DNA from: Candidatus Kapaibacterium sp. | GTDB lineage: Bacteria > Bacteroidota > Ignavibacteria > Kapaibacteriales > UBA2268 | Direction of reading: 5' to 3' | DNA length: 64,000 nt | Assembly: GCA_963665665.1 (NCBI GenBank) | Contig: OY762428.1 | Span: 2,464,001-2,528,000 of the forward strand | Shown here: positions 49,285 through 60,312 of the stretch, piece by piece | Numbering within the stretch: position 1 is the first letter of the stretch | How the letters are laid out: every line of letters starts with the position of its first letter | The notes under the pieces: model-generated | What the model was told of the DNA's origin: nothing | What the model saw: only the letters and a program-made list of their open reading frames with translations | Database searches by the model: none | Made by a program: the position numbers and the translations under genes

Positions 49285-50124
49285 ATGGCACTAAGAATAT
49301 TAAAACCAATTACACCCGGTACGAGGTTCTACTCGGTAAGCTCTTTTGACGAGATCACTACCGATAAACCTTACAAGAAACTTGTGGCTCCGCTCAAGAA
49401 ATCCGGCGGTAGGAATAATACCGGAAGGATTACTTCACGCCACCGTGGCGGCGGGCACAAGAGAAGGTACAGGATCATTGATTTCAAAAGGAAAAAAATC
49501 GGCATGAAAGCCGTTATTGAAACTATTGAATACGATCCTAACCGCTCTGCAAGGATTGCCCTTCTGAAATATGAAGATGGTGAATATACTTATATCCTCG
49601 CACCGGATAAAGTAAAAGTTGGTGATGTACTTATGTCCGGGCCCGACGCGGAATATCATGACGGGAATTGCCTCCCGCTGAAAAGTATCCCCGTTGGCCT
49701 TACGATACACAACATCGAATTGAAGCCCGGAAAGGGCGGCCAGATAGCAAGAAGCGCGGGCACAAGCGCCCAGCTTGTTGCAGTTGACGAAAAGTTTGCG
49801 CATATTAAAATGCCTTCAGGCGAGATAAGGCTTATTCCGTCGAATTGCTATGCAACTCTCGGCGTTGTTTCCAACCATGACCACGAAAATATCATGCTTG
49901 GTAAAGCCGGACGTACTCGCTGGCTCGGTATCAGGCCCCAGACACGCGGTATGGCTATGAACCCGATAGATCACCCCATGGGCGGTGGCGAGGGTACATC
50001 CAAATCCGGTGGTGGACGCCAGCATCCGACAACACCTTGGGGTAAATACACCAAGGGCCTGAAGACGCGTAAGAAACGCAAGCATTCAAACAAATATATT
50101 GTTCGTGGAAGAAAATCAAAATAG
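49285..50124 (+). CDS. rplB: 50S ribosomal protein L2
   Basis: [21 protein letters not shown]. Confidence 0.98.
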   Translation: MALRILKPITPGTRFYSVSSFDEITTDKPYKKLVAPLKKSGGRNNTGRITSRHRGGGHKRRYRIIDFKRKKIGMKAVIETIEYDPNRSARIALLKYEDGEYTYILAPDKVKVGDVLMSGPDAEYHDGNCLPLKSIPVGLTIHNIELKPGKGGQIARSAGTSAQLVAVDEKFAHIKMPSGEIRLIPSNCYATLGVVSNHDHENIMLGKAGRTRWLGIRPQTRGMAMNPIDHPMGGGEGTSKSGGGRQHPTTPWGKYTKGLKTRKKRKHSNKYIVRGRKSK

Positions 50125-50139
50125 AGTGAAGGAAACGTT

Positions 50140-50412
50140 ATGGCCCGCTCACTGAAAAAAGGTTATTTCGTACACTACAAGCTTCAGAAAAAGATAGATA
50201 AACAAAATGAAGCTAATAAGAAAGATGTTATAAAAACGTGGTCGCGAGCCTCCATGATCACTCCTGATTTCGTGGGGCACACGGTTGCGATTCATAACGG
50301 TAAGAATTTTATCCCGGTATATATTACCGAGAACATGGTTGGCCATAAATTCGGAGAATTTTCGCCAACAAGAGTTTACAGAGGACACGCCGGTCACAGA
50401 AAAGGCGGATAA
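50140..50412 (+). CDS. rpsS: 30S ribosomal protein S19
   Basis: [20 protein letters not shown]. Confidence 0.98.
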   Translation: MARSLKKGYFVHYKLQKKIDKQNEANKKDVIKTWSRASMITPDFVGHTVAIHNGKNFIPVYITENMVGHKFGEFSPTRVYRGHAGHRKGG

Positions 50413-50435
50413 TAGTTTTTTAAATGGAGATAAAA

Positions 50436-50810
50436 ATGGAAGCAAGGGCTCTCAAAAAATACATACGTTCTTCCCCGCGTAAAATGAGATTGGTAATCGA
50501 TCTTATCCGCGGCAAAAGCGCCGAGGAAGCCTTGTCTATTCTCAAGTTCGCCCCTAAACTGGCGGCCCGCGACGCGGAAATGGTCCTTAGGTCTGCAATC
50601 GCCAATTTGTCGAACAATGATGAAGACATAACGCCGGATATTGAAGAAGTTTTCGTTAAGGCAGCCTTCGTTAATCAAGGCCCCGCGATGAAAAGAATTC
50701 AGCCGGCCCCGATGGGCAGAGCGTACAGGATTAGGAAGAGAACTAATCATTTGACTATAGTTGTTTCAACTCAAGAATCACAAGGAGAAGAAATTGGGAC
50801 AGAAAACTAA
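50436..50810 (+). CDS. rplV: 50S ribosomal protein L22
   Basis: SPRKMRLV.DLIRG, MGRAYRIRKRT.H. Confidence 0.96.
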   Translation: MEARALKKYIRSSPRKMRLVIDLIRGKSAEEALSILKFAPKLAARDAEMVLRSAIANLSNNDEDITPDIEEVFVKAAFVNQGPAMKRIQPAPMGRAYRIRKRTNHLTIVVSTQESQGEEIGTEN

Positions 50811-51426
50811 TCCGATCGGGCTTCGCTTGGGAATAATCAGGAACTGGGATGCTAACTGGTTCGACGAATCTAACGTTGCTACTAAACTTTCTGAAGATAT
50901 TAAAGTAAGAAATTACATTAGAAACAGGAAGAAAAAAGCAGGCATCGCCAGGATTATCGTTGAAAGAACAGCAAAACAGCTCAGGATTACAATCAATACG
51001 TCAAGGCCCGGCGTTATTATCGGAAAATCAGGTAAAGACATTACCCAATTGGAAGAAGAGTTGAAAAAACTTACGGGCAAGGATGTAAAAATTCTTATAA
51101 GCGAAGTGAAACGCCCCGAATTGGACGCGTTACTTGTTGCCGATAATATTGCACAGCAGCTCGAAGGCAGAATTTCATTCCGCCGCGCCATGAAGCAGTC
51201 AGTTTCAGCAGCCATGAGAATGGGAGCAGTTGGTATTCGTGTGATGTGCGCAGGCAGGCTCGGCGGTGCCGAGATGGCCAGGACTGAACAGTACAAGGAC
51301 GGCAGGATCCCACTGCATACCCTTCGTGCGGACATCGATTACGGGACGGCAACAGCGCAGACAATTTACGGATCCATTGGAATAAAAGTATGGATCTGTA
51401 AGGGTGAGATAATCGGTAAACAGTAA
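50794..51426 (+). CDS. rpsC: 30S ribosomal protein S3
   Basis: (M)GQKTNPIGLRLG with TTG start after AGGAG; GRIPLHTLRADID. Confidence 0.96.
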   Translation: MGQKTNPIGLRLGIIRNWDANWFDESNVATKLSEDIKVRNYIRNRKKKAGIARIIVERTAKQLRITINTSRPGVIIGKSGKDITQLEEELKKLTGKDVKILISEVKRPELDALLVADNIAQQLEGRISFRRAMKQSVSAAMRMGAVGIRVMCAGRLGGAEMARTEQYKDGRIPLHTLRADIDYGTATAQTIYGSIGIKVWICKGEIIGKQ

Positions 51427-51463
51427 GAAGCAAAATTCGAAATAATATCATTGGGAAATTCTC

Positions 51464-51880
51464 ATGTTAATGCCGAAAAGAGTAAAAAGAAGAAAACCCC
51501 ATCGCGGTAGAATGAGGGGTAAAGCCTGGCGCGGTTCGACTGTCGATTTCGGCGCTTACGGACTGAAGGCACTTGAATGCTGCTGGATGACTAATCGCCA
51601 GATTGAAGCAGCCAGGATCGCTATCAACCGTTATCTGAAACGCGACGGTAAAGTCTGGATCAGGATATTTCCTGATAAAGCTTTTACCAAAAAACCCGCC
51701 GAAACAAGGCAGGGATCAGGTAAAGGAACGCCGGAAGGCTGGGTAGCGGTAATCAAACCGGGCAGGGTACTATTCGAAGTGGATGGTGTAAGCAAAGAGC
51801 GTGCTCAGGAAGCTCTCAGGCTTGCATCCCATAAACTGCCAATTAAGACCAAATTTGTAACACGTATAGATTTGATGTAA
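51464..51880 (+). CDS. rplP: 50S ribosomal protein L16
   Basis: QIEAAR, WIRIFPD, GSGKG. Confidence 0.98.
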   Translation: MLMPKRVKRRKPHRGRMRGKAWRGSTVDFGAYGLKALECCWMTNRQIEAARIAINRYLKRDGKVWIRIFPDKAFTKKPAETRQGSGKGTPEGWVAVIKPGRVLFEVDGVSKERAQEALRLASHKLPIKTKFVTRIDLM

Positions 51881-51881
51881 A

Positions 51882-52094
51882 ATGAAGCCACGTAAAGCAA
51901 GCGATCTTAGGGAATTGACCCAGGCCGAACTGGAGCATTTGTTGCAGGAATCTGAGGAAACTCTGGCAACACAGAACTTCCAGCACGCCCTGAAACAATT
52001 GCAGGATACTTCATATCTTCATATCCTTAAAAAAGATATCGCTAGAATGAAAACTATTTTGAATGAAAGAAAACGTGCACAGCAAAATGGATAA
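51882..52094 (+). CDS. rpmC: 50S ribosomal protein L29
   Basis: [13 protein letters not shown]; operon position. Confidence 0.93.
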   Translation: MKPRKASDLRELTQAELEHLLQESEETLATQNFQHALKQLQDTSYLHILKKDIARMKTILNERKRAQQNG

Positions 52095-52437
52095 TAATAT
52101 GGAAGATATTAAAGAATTAGAAACGCAGGAAACCCCGGCGGCCGAGACAACAACTGCTGAACCCACACCTGCACCAGTTGCTGAACGTAAAGCTCAGAAA
52201 AGAGTGCTCACGGGAAAGGTTGTTTCCAATAAAAGCGACAAAACTGTTGTCGTTTTGATTGAACGCCAGGTAAAGCATCCTCTTTATAAGAAATATTATA
52301 AAGAAAGCAAAAAAGTCATGGCACACGACGAGGCAAACGACTGCGGAATCGGCGATACCGTCAGGATTCGCGAGTGCCGTCCGCTCAGCGCCAAAAAGCG
52401 TTGGGAAATGATCGATGTTGTTGAGCGAGCCAAGTAA
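52087..52437 (+). CDS. rpsQ: 30S ribosomal protein S17 with N-terminal extension
   Basis: [27 protein letters not shown]; exact start uncertain. Confidence 0.93.
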   Translation: MDNNMEDIKELETQETPAAETTTAEPTPAPVAERKAQKRVLTGKVVSNKSDKTVVVLIERQVKHPLYKKYYKESKKVMAHDEANDCGIGDTVRIRECRPLSAKKRWEMIDVVERAK

Positions 52438-52450
52438 GAAGGAGATAATA

Positions 52451-52819
52451 ATGGTACAAGAAGAAACAAATTTGATTGTAGCAGATAACTCCGGCGCACG
52501 CAGGATAAGAGTAATCCGAATTCTTGGCGGCCACGGCAAGAAATACGCGAGTGTTGGTGATATTATTGTTGCTTCAGTGAAAGCTGCGATTCCTAATTCG
52601 GAGGTAAAGAAAGGCACTGTGGTTAAAGCAGTTGTTGTTCGTACGAAAAAAGAAGTAGGACGCCGTGACGGCTCTTTCATCAGATTCGACGATAACGCGG
52701 CTGTTATTCTTAACGCGCAGGGCGAGCCAAGAGGCACTCGTATTTTCGGTCCCGTTGCTAGGGAACTAAGAGAAAAGAATTACATGAAAATCGTGTCGCT
52801 GGCGCCGGAAGTTTTATAA
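52451..52819 (+). CDS. rplN: 50S ribosomal protein L14
   Basis: [27 protein letters not shown]. Confidence 0.98.
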   Translation: MVQEETNLIVADNSGARRIRVIRILGGHGKKYASVGDIIVASVKAAIPNSEVKKGTVVKAVVVRTKKEVGRRDGSFIRFDDNAAVILNAQGEPRGTRIFGPVARELREKNYMKIVSLAPEVL

Positions 52820-52857
52820 GGTATATTTTTGTTAATTCAATTGATTGGTTATCAAAG

Positions 52858-53178
52858 ATGAAATTGAAGATTAAAAAAGGTGACATAGTTCAGGTAATAG
52901 CCGGCGCAAACAAAGGCGAGCAAGGCCGCGTCCTGGAAGTGTACCCGGATAAAATGAAGATTCTGGTTGAAAGAGTCAACGAGCGATCAAAACATGAGAG
53001 GCCTAACCCTAAAAATGAAAAGGGCGGCATTGTGAAGAGGGAAATGCCTATTCACTACTCTAATGTTCTGCTCCTTGATAGCGACAAGAATCCTACTAGG
53101 ATCGGTATCAGGCGCGAGGAAAAAGGCGGAAAAATTGCCGCCGTCAGGTACGCGAAGACAAATAACAATGATTTATAA
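52858..53178 (+). CDS. rplX: 50S ribosomal protein L24
   Basis: IKKGD.VQVIAG, EMPIHYSNV. Confidence 0.96.
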   Translation: MKLKIKKGDIVQVIAGANKGEQGRVLEVYPDKMKILVERVNERSKHERPNPKNEKGGIVKREMPIHYSNVLLLDSDKNPTRIGIRREEKGGKIAAVRYAKTNNNDL

Positions 53179-53204
53179 TAAAATAACACAGTTGGCATAA
53201 AATT

Positions 53205-53855
53205 ATGGCAAAGACAAAATCATCAACTAAAGGACAATCGGCATCGAAGAAACTTAAGTTTCAGCCGGAAGGAAAACGTCTGGAAGACGTAAAGGACAAA
53301 ACAGTCCCACCTGCAAGGCTCGTAAGTTTCTATCACGAGAAAGTCGTGCCGGCTATGATGAAGAAATTTGGCTATAAATCAATAATGCAGGTACCTAAAC
53401 TCGAGAAAATATGCATGAATATGGGTATGGGAGATTCCGTTCAGGATCAGAAAGTGCTTCATGGCGCTATCAACGAACTTGAACTGATCTCAGGGCAAAG
53501 GCCTGCTATTTCGAAAGCCAAGAAAGCTATTTCAAACTTCAAGCTCCGCCAGGGCATGCCCATAGGCTGCCATGTAACACTGCGCCGGGCAAGAATGTTT
53601 GAATTTCTTGACAGGTTCATCAATATTGCTTCACCTCGTATCCGTGACTTCAGGGGACTGAGCGACAAAGGATTCGACGGCAGAGGTAATTATAGCGTGG
53701 GCATTAAGGAACAGATCATATTTCCGGAAATTGACGTTGATAAAGTTAACAAAATATCCGGTCTTGATATTACATTTGTAATTAAATGCGAAAATGATGA
53801 AGAAGCTCATGCTCTTCTATCAGAATTCGGATTTCCTTTTCGTAAAAAAGATTGA
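53205..53855 (+). CDS. rplE: 50S ribosomal protein L5 with N-terminal extension
   Basis: [23 protein letters not shown]. Confidence 0.97.
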   Translation: MAKTKSSTKGQSASKKLKFQPEGKRLEDVKDKTVPPARLVSFYHEKVVPAMMKKFGYKSIMQVPKLEKICMNMGMGDSVQDQKVLHGAINELELISGQRPAISKAKKAISNFKLRQGMPIGCHVTLRRARMFEFLDRFINIASPRIRDFRGLSDKGFDGRGNYSVGIKEQIIFPEIDVDKVNKISGLDITFVIKCENDEEAHALLSEFGFPFRKKD

Positions 53856-53863
53856 GTTTAAAA

Positions 53864-54133
53864 ATGGCTAAAATCTGTATAGTAGCACGCAACGATAAAA
53901 GAAAAAGGATGGCGGAAAAATACGCCGCCAAGCGAGAAGAACTTAAAGCAGCCGGCGACTGGGAAGGGCTGCAGAAACTCCCGCGCAACAGCGCCCCGGT
54001 TCGTATTCAGAACAGGTGCAATGTTACAGGAAGAGCCCGTAGCGTTTACCGCAAATATGGTCTTTGCAGGAACGTTTTCAGGCAGATGGCTTTAGAAGGG
54101 AAAATACCCGGAATTAAAAAAGCCAGTTGGTAA
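53864..54133 (+). CDS. rpsN: 30S ribosomal protein S14 (long form)
   Basis: [24 protein letters not shown]. Confidence 0.96.
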   Translation: MAKICIVARNDKRKRMAEKYAAKREELKAAGDWEGLQKLPRNSAPVRIQNRCNVTGRARSVYRKYGLCRNVFRQMALEGKIPGIKKASW

Positions 54134-54206
54134 AAAAATAAAAACAACGTAAATTGCTATTTTTTTGACACCCGTGACTGTGGGACAAGATTAACAGAGA
54201 TAAATT

Positions 54207-54602
54207 ATGCCAGTAACAGATCAGATTTCAGATTTCCTAACGCGTATTAGAAACGCGGGAAAAGCAAATCACAAAACTTTAGAGTTACCACACTCTAAAT
54301 TGAAGTTCGCGATCGCCCGGATCCTCAAGGAGCAGGGGTACATCGCGGATTGTGAAGAAACACAGGATAAAGTTCAGGGTACTATTAAAATTACCCTACG
54401 ATATTACAAGAGAAAACCGGCCTTCAGGGAAATGGTGAAAATAAGCAAGCCGGGCCGTCGCGTTTACGCGCCGGTGGACAAGCTGCCGAGAATTAAAAAC
54501 GGCCTTGGAGTAGCTATCATATCCACCTCTAAAGGTGTGATGACAGACAAACAGGCAAAGAAAGCCAATGTCGGCGGCGAAGTTCTATGTTCAGTTTGGT
54601 AG
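54207..54602 (+). CDS. rpsH: 30S ribosomal protein S8
   Basis: DFLTRIRN, SKPGRRVY, STSKG. Confidence 0.98.
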   Translation: MPVTDQISDFLTRIRNAGKANHKTLELPHSKLKFAIARILKEQGYIADCEETQDKVQGTIKITLRYYKRKPAFREMVKISKPGRRVYAPVDKLPRIKNGLGVAIISTSKGVMTDKQAKKANVGGEVLCSVW

Positions 54603-54623
54603 AATTATAATTAGGAGCTTAAA

Positions 54624-55163
54624 GTGTCAAGGATAGGAAAAAATCCGATAGAAATCCCTGACAAGGTTCAGGTAACAATTAGCGACGAAGGCCTTCTGAC
54701 AGCAAAAGGCCCCAAGGGTGAGCTGACTTACCAGCTGCCCGAAGCTATTAATTACAACCTTGAAGGCAATACATTAACTTTTGGAAGAGACAACGAAGAC
54801 CGTAAAGTCAGAGCTCAGCACGGTTTGGCGAGGGCATTGAGCGCAAACTTGATAGAAGGTGTGGTCAATGGATTCGCCAAGACACTTCTTATTGAAGGTG
54901 TGGGCTATAAAGCTGAAATGCGCGGTAACCGTTTGTTCCTTTCCTTAGGTTTTTCACACCCGGTTCTGATCATTCCTCCTGACGGTATCGAGTTCGAAAC
55001 ACCGAAACCTACGATAATAATAATCAAAGGTATCGATAAACAACTCGTCGGCCAGGTGGCCGCTACAGTGCGCAAATTGCGTAAACCCGAACCGTACAAG
55101 GGCAAAGGTATCAGGTACGAGGGTGAGTATATCAGACGTAAAGCTGGTAAGACAGCTGCTTAA
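54624..55163 (+). CDS. rplF: 50S ribosomal protein L6
   Basis: SRIGK.PI, PEPYKGKGI. Confidence 0.98.
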   Translation: MSRIGKNPIEIPDKVQVTISDEGLLTAKGPKGELTYQLPEAINYNLEGNTLTFGRDNEDRKVRAQHGLARALSANLIEGVVNGFAKTLLIEGVGYKAEMRGNRLFLSLGFSHPVLIIPPDGIEFETPKPTIIIIKGIDKQLVGQVAATVRKLRKPEPYKGKGIRYEGEYIRRKAGKTAA

Positions 55164-55192
55164 TTTTTTAAAAAAAATTTGCAGAAGAAAAG

Positions 55193-55564
55193 ATGAAAAA
55201 GCTGAAGATAAGAGCAAAAAGGCAAACTCGCAGAAAGCATCATATAAGGAAACGTATTTTTGGAACTTCCGAGCGTTTAAGGCTGACTGTTTTCAGAAGC
55301 TCGAAGCACATTTACGCACAGATCATCAATGATGATGAATCCCGTACCCTTGTTTCTGCATCAACACTCGACAAAGATGTGATTGAAAAAATCACACCTG
55401 AGATGAAGAAAAAAGAACAAAGCAGGATTGTTGGCGAAATTCTCGGGCAGAAAGCTGTATCCGCCGAAATAAAAAGGGTTGCATTCGACAGGAATGGTTT
55501 CCTTTTTCACGGCAGGATTAAAGAATTAGCTGATGCCGCCAGGAAAGCCGGACTTGAATTTTAA
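55193..55564 (+). CDS. rplR: 50S ribosomal protein L18
   Basis: RL.VFRS.KHIYAQ, FDRNG. Confidence 0.97.
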   Translation: MKKLKIRAKRQTRRKHHIRKRIFGTSERLRLTVFRSSKHIYAQIINDDESRTLVSASTLDKDVIEKITPEMKKKEQSRIVGEILGQKAVSAEIKRVAFDRNGFLFHGRIKELADAARKAGLEF

Positions 55565-55611
55565 AAAGAAAAGAAATTGTATAACGCCAATATTGGCTAA
55601 AGGAGATTATC

Positions 55612-56115
55612 GTGGCAAAAATTAGAGCATCAGAGCTTGAACTTAATGATAAGCTAGTTTATGTCGGAAGGACCGCGAAAGTTGTAAAGGGCGGTCGCCG
55701 TTTTAATTTCTCGGCTATCGTGGTAGTAGGCGACGGGCAGGGCCATGTCGGTTACGGGCTTGGTAAAGCCGGTGAAGTTGTTGACGCGGTAACAAAAGCA
55801 ACGGAATCAGCTAAAAAGAATATTGTAAAAATCAGGCTTCAGGAAAATACCCTGCCTCATGAGGCAATAGGTAAATTCGGCGCTGCAAGAGTTATGATCA
55901 GGCCTGCTACTCCGGGTACAGGTGTGATTGCAGCCGGTGGCGTTCGTGCCATCCTTGAGCTTGCCGGGGTAAAAGACGTTCTTACCAAGAACCTTGGTTC
56001 TTCGAACCCGCACAATACAGTTAAAGCTACAATGGTCGCACTTACTTCAATGGAAGATGCAACAGCAGTAGCTGCACGCAGGGGTATCCCGATTGAGCAG
56101 GTTCTAAACGGTTGA
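55612..56115 (+). CDS. rpsE: 30S ribosomal protein S5
   Basis: KVVKGGRRFNF, PGTGVIA. Confidence 0.98.
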   Translation: MAKIRASELELNDKLVYVGRTAKVVKGGRRFNFSAIVVVGDGQGHVGYGLGKAGEVVDAVTKATESAKKNIVKIRLQENTLPHEAIGKFGAARVMIRPATPGTGVIAAGGVRAILELAGVKDVLTKNLGSSNPHNTVKATMVALTSMEDATAVAARRGIPIEQVLNG

Positions 56116-56159
56116 TCACGTGAATAAAGTTCAGACTTAATAGAATAACAGGTATTAAA

Positions 56160-56345
56160 ATGAGCAAACTAAAAATAACGCAGTTACGCAGCGTGATTAA
56201 AAGAAAGAAAAAGCAAAAGCTTACTATCGAAGCCATGGGGCTGGGCCGCCCGAATAATTCCGCTGTTCTGCCGGATAATCCGCAGACAAGGGGAATGATC
56301 GAAGTGGTTAAGCACCTTGTGAAAGTAGAAGAAATTTCAGAATAA
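56160..56345 (+). CDS. rpmD: 50S ribosomal protein L30
   Basis: LKITQ.RS.I, RGMI..VKHLV. Confidence 0.95.
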   Translation: MSKLKITQLRSVIKRKKKQKLTIEAMGLGRPNNSAVLPDNPQTRGMIEVVKHLVKVEEISE

Positions 56346-56363
56346 TATAAAAGATCGTAACAA

Positions 56364-56822
56364 ATGAAGCATATTGGTAATCTTCAGTTTGCAGATGGGG
56401 CTAAGAAAAAAAGAAAGCGCATTGCCAGGGGCCAGGGCTCCGGCCATGGTGGGACTTCTACCAAAGGCCATAAAGGCCAGAAGTCGCGTGCGGGCGCTAC
56501 TATTCCCCGAGGGTTCGAAGGCGGACAGATGCCATTGAACCGTAGAGTGCCAAAATTTGGGTTTAACAACAGGTTCCGCGTGGAATACCATGTTGTTAAC
56601 GTGGCAAGGCTACAAGAGCTTGTTGACGACAACAAAATTCAGGATAGTGTTGATAATCAGACACTTCTTGACCTTGGTGTTGTTCGCAATGCTAATAAGC
56701 CCGTGAAAATTCTCGGTCAGGGAGACCTTACCGCTAAGTTAAATGTAACAGTTGATAAAGTATCTGAATCAGCTAAACAAAAAATTGAAGCAGCCGGAGG
56801 GACGGTAACTGTAAATGGCTAA
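56364..56822 (+). CDS. rplO: 50S ribosomal protein L15
   Basis: GHKGQKSR, GFEGGQMPL.RR.PK. Confidence 0.98.
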   Translation: MKHIGNLQFADGAKKKRKRIARGQGSGHGGTSTKGHKGQKSRAGATIPRGFEGGQMPLNRRVPKFGFNNRFRVEYHVVNVARLQELVDDNKIQDSVDNQTLLDLGVVRNANKPVKILGQGDLTAKLNVTVDKVSESAKQKIEAAGGTVTVNG

Positions 56823-58134
56823 ATTTGTGGATACGGTTCTAAATATTTTTAAAATAGACGAGCTAAGAGAGAGAATCCTTTTCACTCTCTTGGTTCTTCT
56901 TGTTGTTCGTATCGGCGCCCATATCACGCTACCGGGTATAGACGTTGTTGCTCTAAAGGCAACATCAGGCTCGGACAGCAATACATTATTCGGGCTGTTC
57001 GATATGTTTGTTGGCGGCGCGTTTTCCAATGCCGCTATTTTCGCGCTTGGAATCATGCCTTACATTACTTCTTCAATCGTATTTCAGCTTGCAGGAATTA
57101 TTATTCCTGAAATTCAGAAACTTCAGAAAGAAGGAGAAGAAGGCCGCAAGAAAATTAATAATTATACCAGGATCGGTACGGTTCTTATTTCTGCACTGCA
57201 GGGCTGGGCTGTTAGTATCAAATTGATGAGCCAGCCGGGAGTTGTTCCTGATCCGGGATTCCTTTTCTCGATAACTACTGTATCCATGCTTACTGCCGGA
57301 ACAATATTCCTTATGTGGCTTGGAGAGCAGATTACAGATAAAGGAATTGGTAACGGTATATCACTTATTATCTTTATTGGTATTATTGCAAGGCTGCCTG
57401 CCTCGCTTTACCAGGAATATCAGTTAGTTGTAGTTGGTTCGCGCCACTGGATGGTTGAACTGATAGTACTGGCATTGCTCGTGGGTATTATTGCACTGGT
57501 AATAATGATTACACAGGGCGCCAGAAGAGTTCCTGTGCAATATGCCAAGAGAGTTGTAGGAAGAAAAGTATTTGGCGGAACTACACAGTATATCCCTATC
57601 AAAGTGAATACTGCCAATGTGATGCCTATTATCTTTGCGCAGTCCTTAATGTTCATTCCGAACACGATTGCACAGTTCTTCCCCGAAAGCGATTCAGTTC
57701 GCTGGTTTGCTGAATTATTCAGCCAGCAGTCCTTTGTTTATGCAATTATTTTTGGTGGTATAATTATATTCTTTACATATTTTTATACTGCAATTATTTT
57801 CAATCCAAGGGATATTGCTGACAATATGAAAAAACAGGGCGGTTTTATTCCGGGCATCAGGCCTGGTAAAGCCACAACAGAATATATAGACGGTATTCTT
57901 ACACGCATCACATTGCCGGGATCAATATTCCTTGCAATCGTTGCAGTTCTTCCGGTATTTATCGGTAAGATTTTCTCGGTTACAACATCATTTGCATCAT
58001 TCTTTGGCGGTACAAGTTTGCTGATTATTGTGGGCGTTGCCCTTGATACTTTGCAGCAAATTGAATCATACCTGTTGATGAGGCATTATGACGGGTTTAT
58101 GAAGAGCGGTAAGATGAAAGGCCGTCACTTATAA
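56815..58134 (+). CDS. secY: Preprotein translocase subunit SecY
   Basis: ALGIMPYITSSI, GIGNGISL, IPGIRPG, GGTSLLI. Confidence 0.98.
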   Translation: MAKFVDTVLNIFKIDELRERILFTLLVLLVVRIGAHITLPGIDVVALKATSGSDSNTLFGLFDMFVGGAFSNAAIFALGIMPYITSSIVFQLAGIIIPEIQKLQKEGEEGRKKINNYTRIGTVLISALQGWAVSIKLMSQPGVVPDPGFLFSITTVSMLTAGTIFLMWLGEQITDKGIGNGISLIIFIGIIARLPASLYQEYQLVVVGSRHWMVELIVLALLVGIIALVIMITQGARRVPVQYAKRVVGRKVFGGTTQYIPIKVNTANVMPIIFAQSLMFIPNTIAQFFPESDSVRWFAELFSQQSFVYAIIFGGIIIFFTYFYTAIIFNPRDIADNMKKQGGFIPGIRPGKATTEYIDGILTRITLPGSIFLAIVAVLPVFIGKIFSVTTSFASFFGGTSLLIIVGVALDTLQQIESYLLMRHYDGFMKSGKMKGRHL

Positions 58135-58136
58135 CT

Positions 58137-58940
58137 ATGAGTAACAAGAGAAATAAATATCCGACTTTGATAAAGACGGAAAACGAAATAGACCTTATTG
58201 AAAAATCATGCAGAATTGTTGCTGATACCCTGTCGCTTATGAAAAAATACGTTAAGCCGGGAGTCAAAACAATTGAACTTGACAAAATTGCCGAAGACTA
58301 TATCAGATCCCAGGGAGCTGTTCCGGCATTTAAAGGGTATAAGGTTGATAATAAGTTCTTTCCAAGTACATTGTGCATATCGATCAACGAGCAGGTAGTG
58401 CATGGCATACCTTCGGACCAGGAACTGGTTGAAGGAATGATCGTTTCGATCGATTGCGGAGCTGAGAAAAACGGTTACTTCGGTGACAGCGCCGTTACTT
58501 ATGCAGTAGGTGAAATATCCGAAGAAAACAAAAAGCTGATGAAAGTTACAGAAGAATCATTAATGCTCGGATTAGAGCAGGGTGTTGATGGAAACAAACT
58601 ATATGATATCTCCAGGGCTGTTCAGCAGCATGTTGAAAAAAACGGTTTTTCGGTAACCAGGGAACTGGTTGGGCACGGAATCGGAAGTCACCTTCATGAA
58701 GAGCCTCCGGTACCAAATTTTGTACCCCCGCTTCTTCACAGGGATCAATATCCAAACGTGAAATTGCACAAAGGCATGACAATGGCCATCGAGCCTATGG
58801 TTCATGCTGGTAAGAAGAATATTATCACAGGAAATGACGGCTGGACAATCATAACTGCTGACCGGAAACCGGCGGCACACTTTGAACATACGATTGTAAT
58901 TGACAAAAATAAACCAATAATATTAACTTTAAGAGATTAA
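58137..58940 (+). CDS. map: Methionine aminopeptidase type I
   Basis: VVHGIP, DSA, GHGIG..LHEEP, AHFEHT. Confidence 0.96.
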   Translation: MSNKRNKYPTLIKTENEIDLIEKSCRIVADTLSLMKKYVKPGVKTIELDKIAEDYIRSQGAVPAFKGYKVDNKFFPSTLCISINEQVVHGIPSDQELVEGMIVSIDCGAEKNGYFGDSAVTYAVGEISEENKKLMKVTEESLMLGLEQGVDGNKLYDISRAVQQHVEKNGFSVTRELVGHGIGSHLHEEPPVPNFVPPLLHRDQYPNVKLHKGMTMAIEPMVHAGKKNIITGNDGWTIITADRKPAAHFEHTIVIDKNKPIILTLRD

Positions 58941-58951
58941 ATAAAGGTATT

Positions 58952-59170
58952 ATGTCAAAACAAGAACAAATCAGATTAGACGGTATTGTAGAAGAAACAC
59001 TGCCAAACACCCAGTTTATCGTGAAATTCGAGAACGGACACACGGTGCTGGCACATATTTCCGGGAAAATGAGGATGAATTTTATCAAAATTCTCCAGGG
59101 TGATAAAGTTACCGTTGAACTTTCACCTTATGATTTGTCAAAAGGCCGGATTGTATACAGATATAAATAA
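58952..59170 (+). CDS. infA: Translation initiation factor IF-1
   Basis: [17 protein letters not shown]. Confidence 0.98.
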   Translation: MSKQEQIRLDGIVEETLPNTQFIVKFENGHTVLAHISGKMRMNFIKILQGDKVTVELSPYDLSKGRIVYRYK

Positions 59171-59198
59171 TTACTAATTTTTTCTTACGGGGAAAAAA

Positions 59199-59315
59199 AT
59201 GAAAGTTCAGGCATCAGTAAAGAAAAGAACAGCAGACGACAAGATCGTTAAAAGAAAAGGTCGTATTTACATAATAAACAAGAAAAACCCTAAAATGAAA
59301 CAGAGGCAGGGATAA
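59199..59315 (+). CDS. rpmJ: 50S ribosomal protein L36, cysteine-free form (not in the ORF track)
   Basis: Manual translation [38 protein letters not shown]. Confidence 0.93.
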   Translation: MKVQASVKKRTADDKIVKRKGRIYIINKKNPKMKQRQG

Positions 59316-59388
59316 AGTTTTCCTTTGCCAAACGGGTTTAGAAAAGAAAGTTAATTAAAGAATTACATAATAAATCAGGTGGACTAAA

Positions 59389-59766
59389 GTGGCACGTATT
59401 GCAGGTATAGACCTTCCTAAAAATAAACGTGGAATAATAGGCCTGACGTATATTTTCGGGATTGGAAGAACTACATCCCGGGAGATACTCAGCAGAGCCG
59501 GCATCGATGAATCAAAGAGGGTAAACCAGTGGACAGACGACGAAGTGGCAGCTATTCGCCAGATCGTTGATGAATATAAAACAGAGGGCCAGTTAAGAAC
59601 CGAAGTTCAGATGAATATCAAACGTCTTATGGATGTAGGATGTTATCGTGGCCTGAGACACAGGAGAGGCCTTCCGGCTCACGGGCAGAGAACAAGAACA
59701 AACGCCCGCACAAGAAAAGGCCGTAAGAAAACTGTTGCCGGCAAGAAAAAAGCTATTAAAAAATAA
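59389..59766 (+). CDS. rpsM: 30S ribosomal protein S13
   Basis: [22 protein letters not shown]. Confidence 0.98.
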   Translation: MARIAGIDLPKNKRGIIGLTYIFGIGRTTSREILSRAGIDESKRVNQWTDDEVAAIRQIVDEYKTEGQLRTEVQMNIKRLMDVGCYRGLRHRRGLPAHGQRTRTNARTRKGRKKTVAGKKKAIKK

Positions 59767-59838
59767 GCTTTGCTTGCAGAATTTACTTAATAAGATTTTT
59801 AGCTTTTATTACGAACATATTTATCAAGGTAAAAAGCT

Positions 59839-60219
59839 GTGGCAAAAAAGAGACAAAAAAAGAGAGTTATTGCTGACATACATGGTAAAGCATTTATCCG
59901 TGCAACCTTCAACAATGTGATGGTAACAATTACTGATATGTACGGCAATGCGCTTTGCTGGTCCTCAGCAGGCAGGAATGGTTTCAGGGGTTCCAAGAAA
60001 AACACTCCCTACGCATCACAGGTATCTGCTGAAAAAGCAGCAAAAGAAGCTTACGATATGGGCCTCAGGAAAGTTGATGTTGTTGTGAAAGGCCCGGGTT
60101 CCGGACGTGAAGCAGCAATCAGGGCTTTAACCCAGGCCGGACTTGAAGTGCACAGTATCGTGGATAAAACACCTATTCCTCATAATGGCTGCAGGCCTCC
60201 GAAGAGAAGAAGGGTGTAA
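59839..60219 (+). CDS. rpsK: 30S ribosomal protein S11
   Basis: [21 protein letters not shown]. Confidence 0.98.
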   Translation: MAKKRQKKRVIADIHGKAFIRATFNNVMVTITDMYGNALCWSSAGRNGFRGSKKNTPYASQVSAEKAAKEAYDMGLRKVDVVVKGPGSGREAAIRALTQAGLEVHSIVDKTPIPHNGCRPPKRRRV

Positions 60220-60312
60220 TTACCTGGCACGTTTTTGGCCTTAGGGCTGTTATCAAATTAACCCGGACGGGTGTAGTTAAGCAGATTTTTTCAAAAAATT
60301 GCTGTAAGAGAT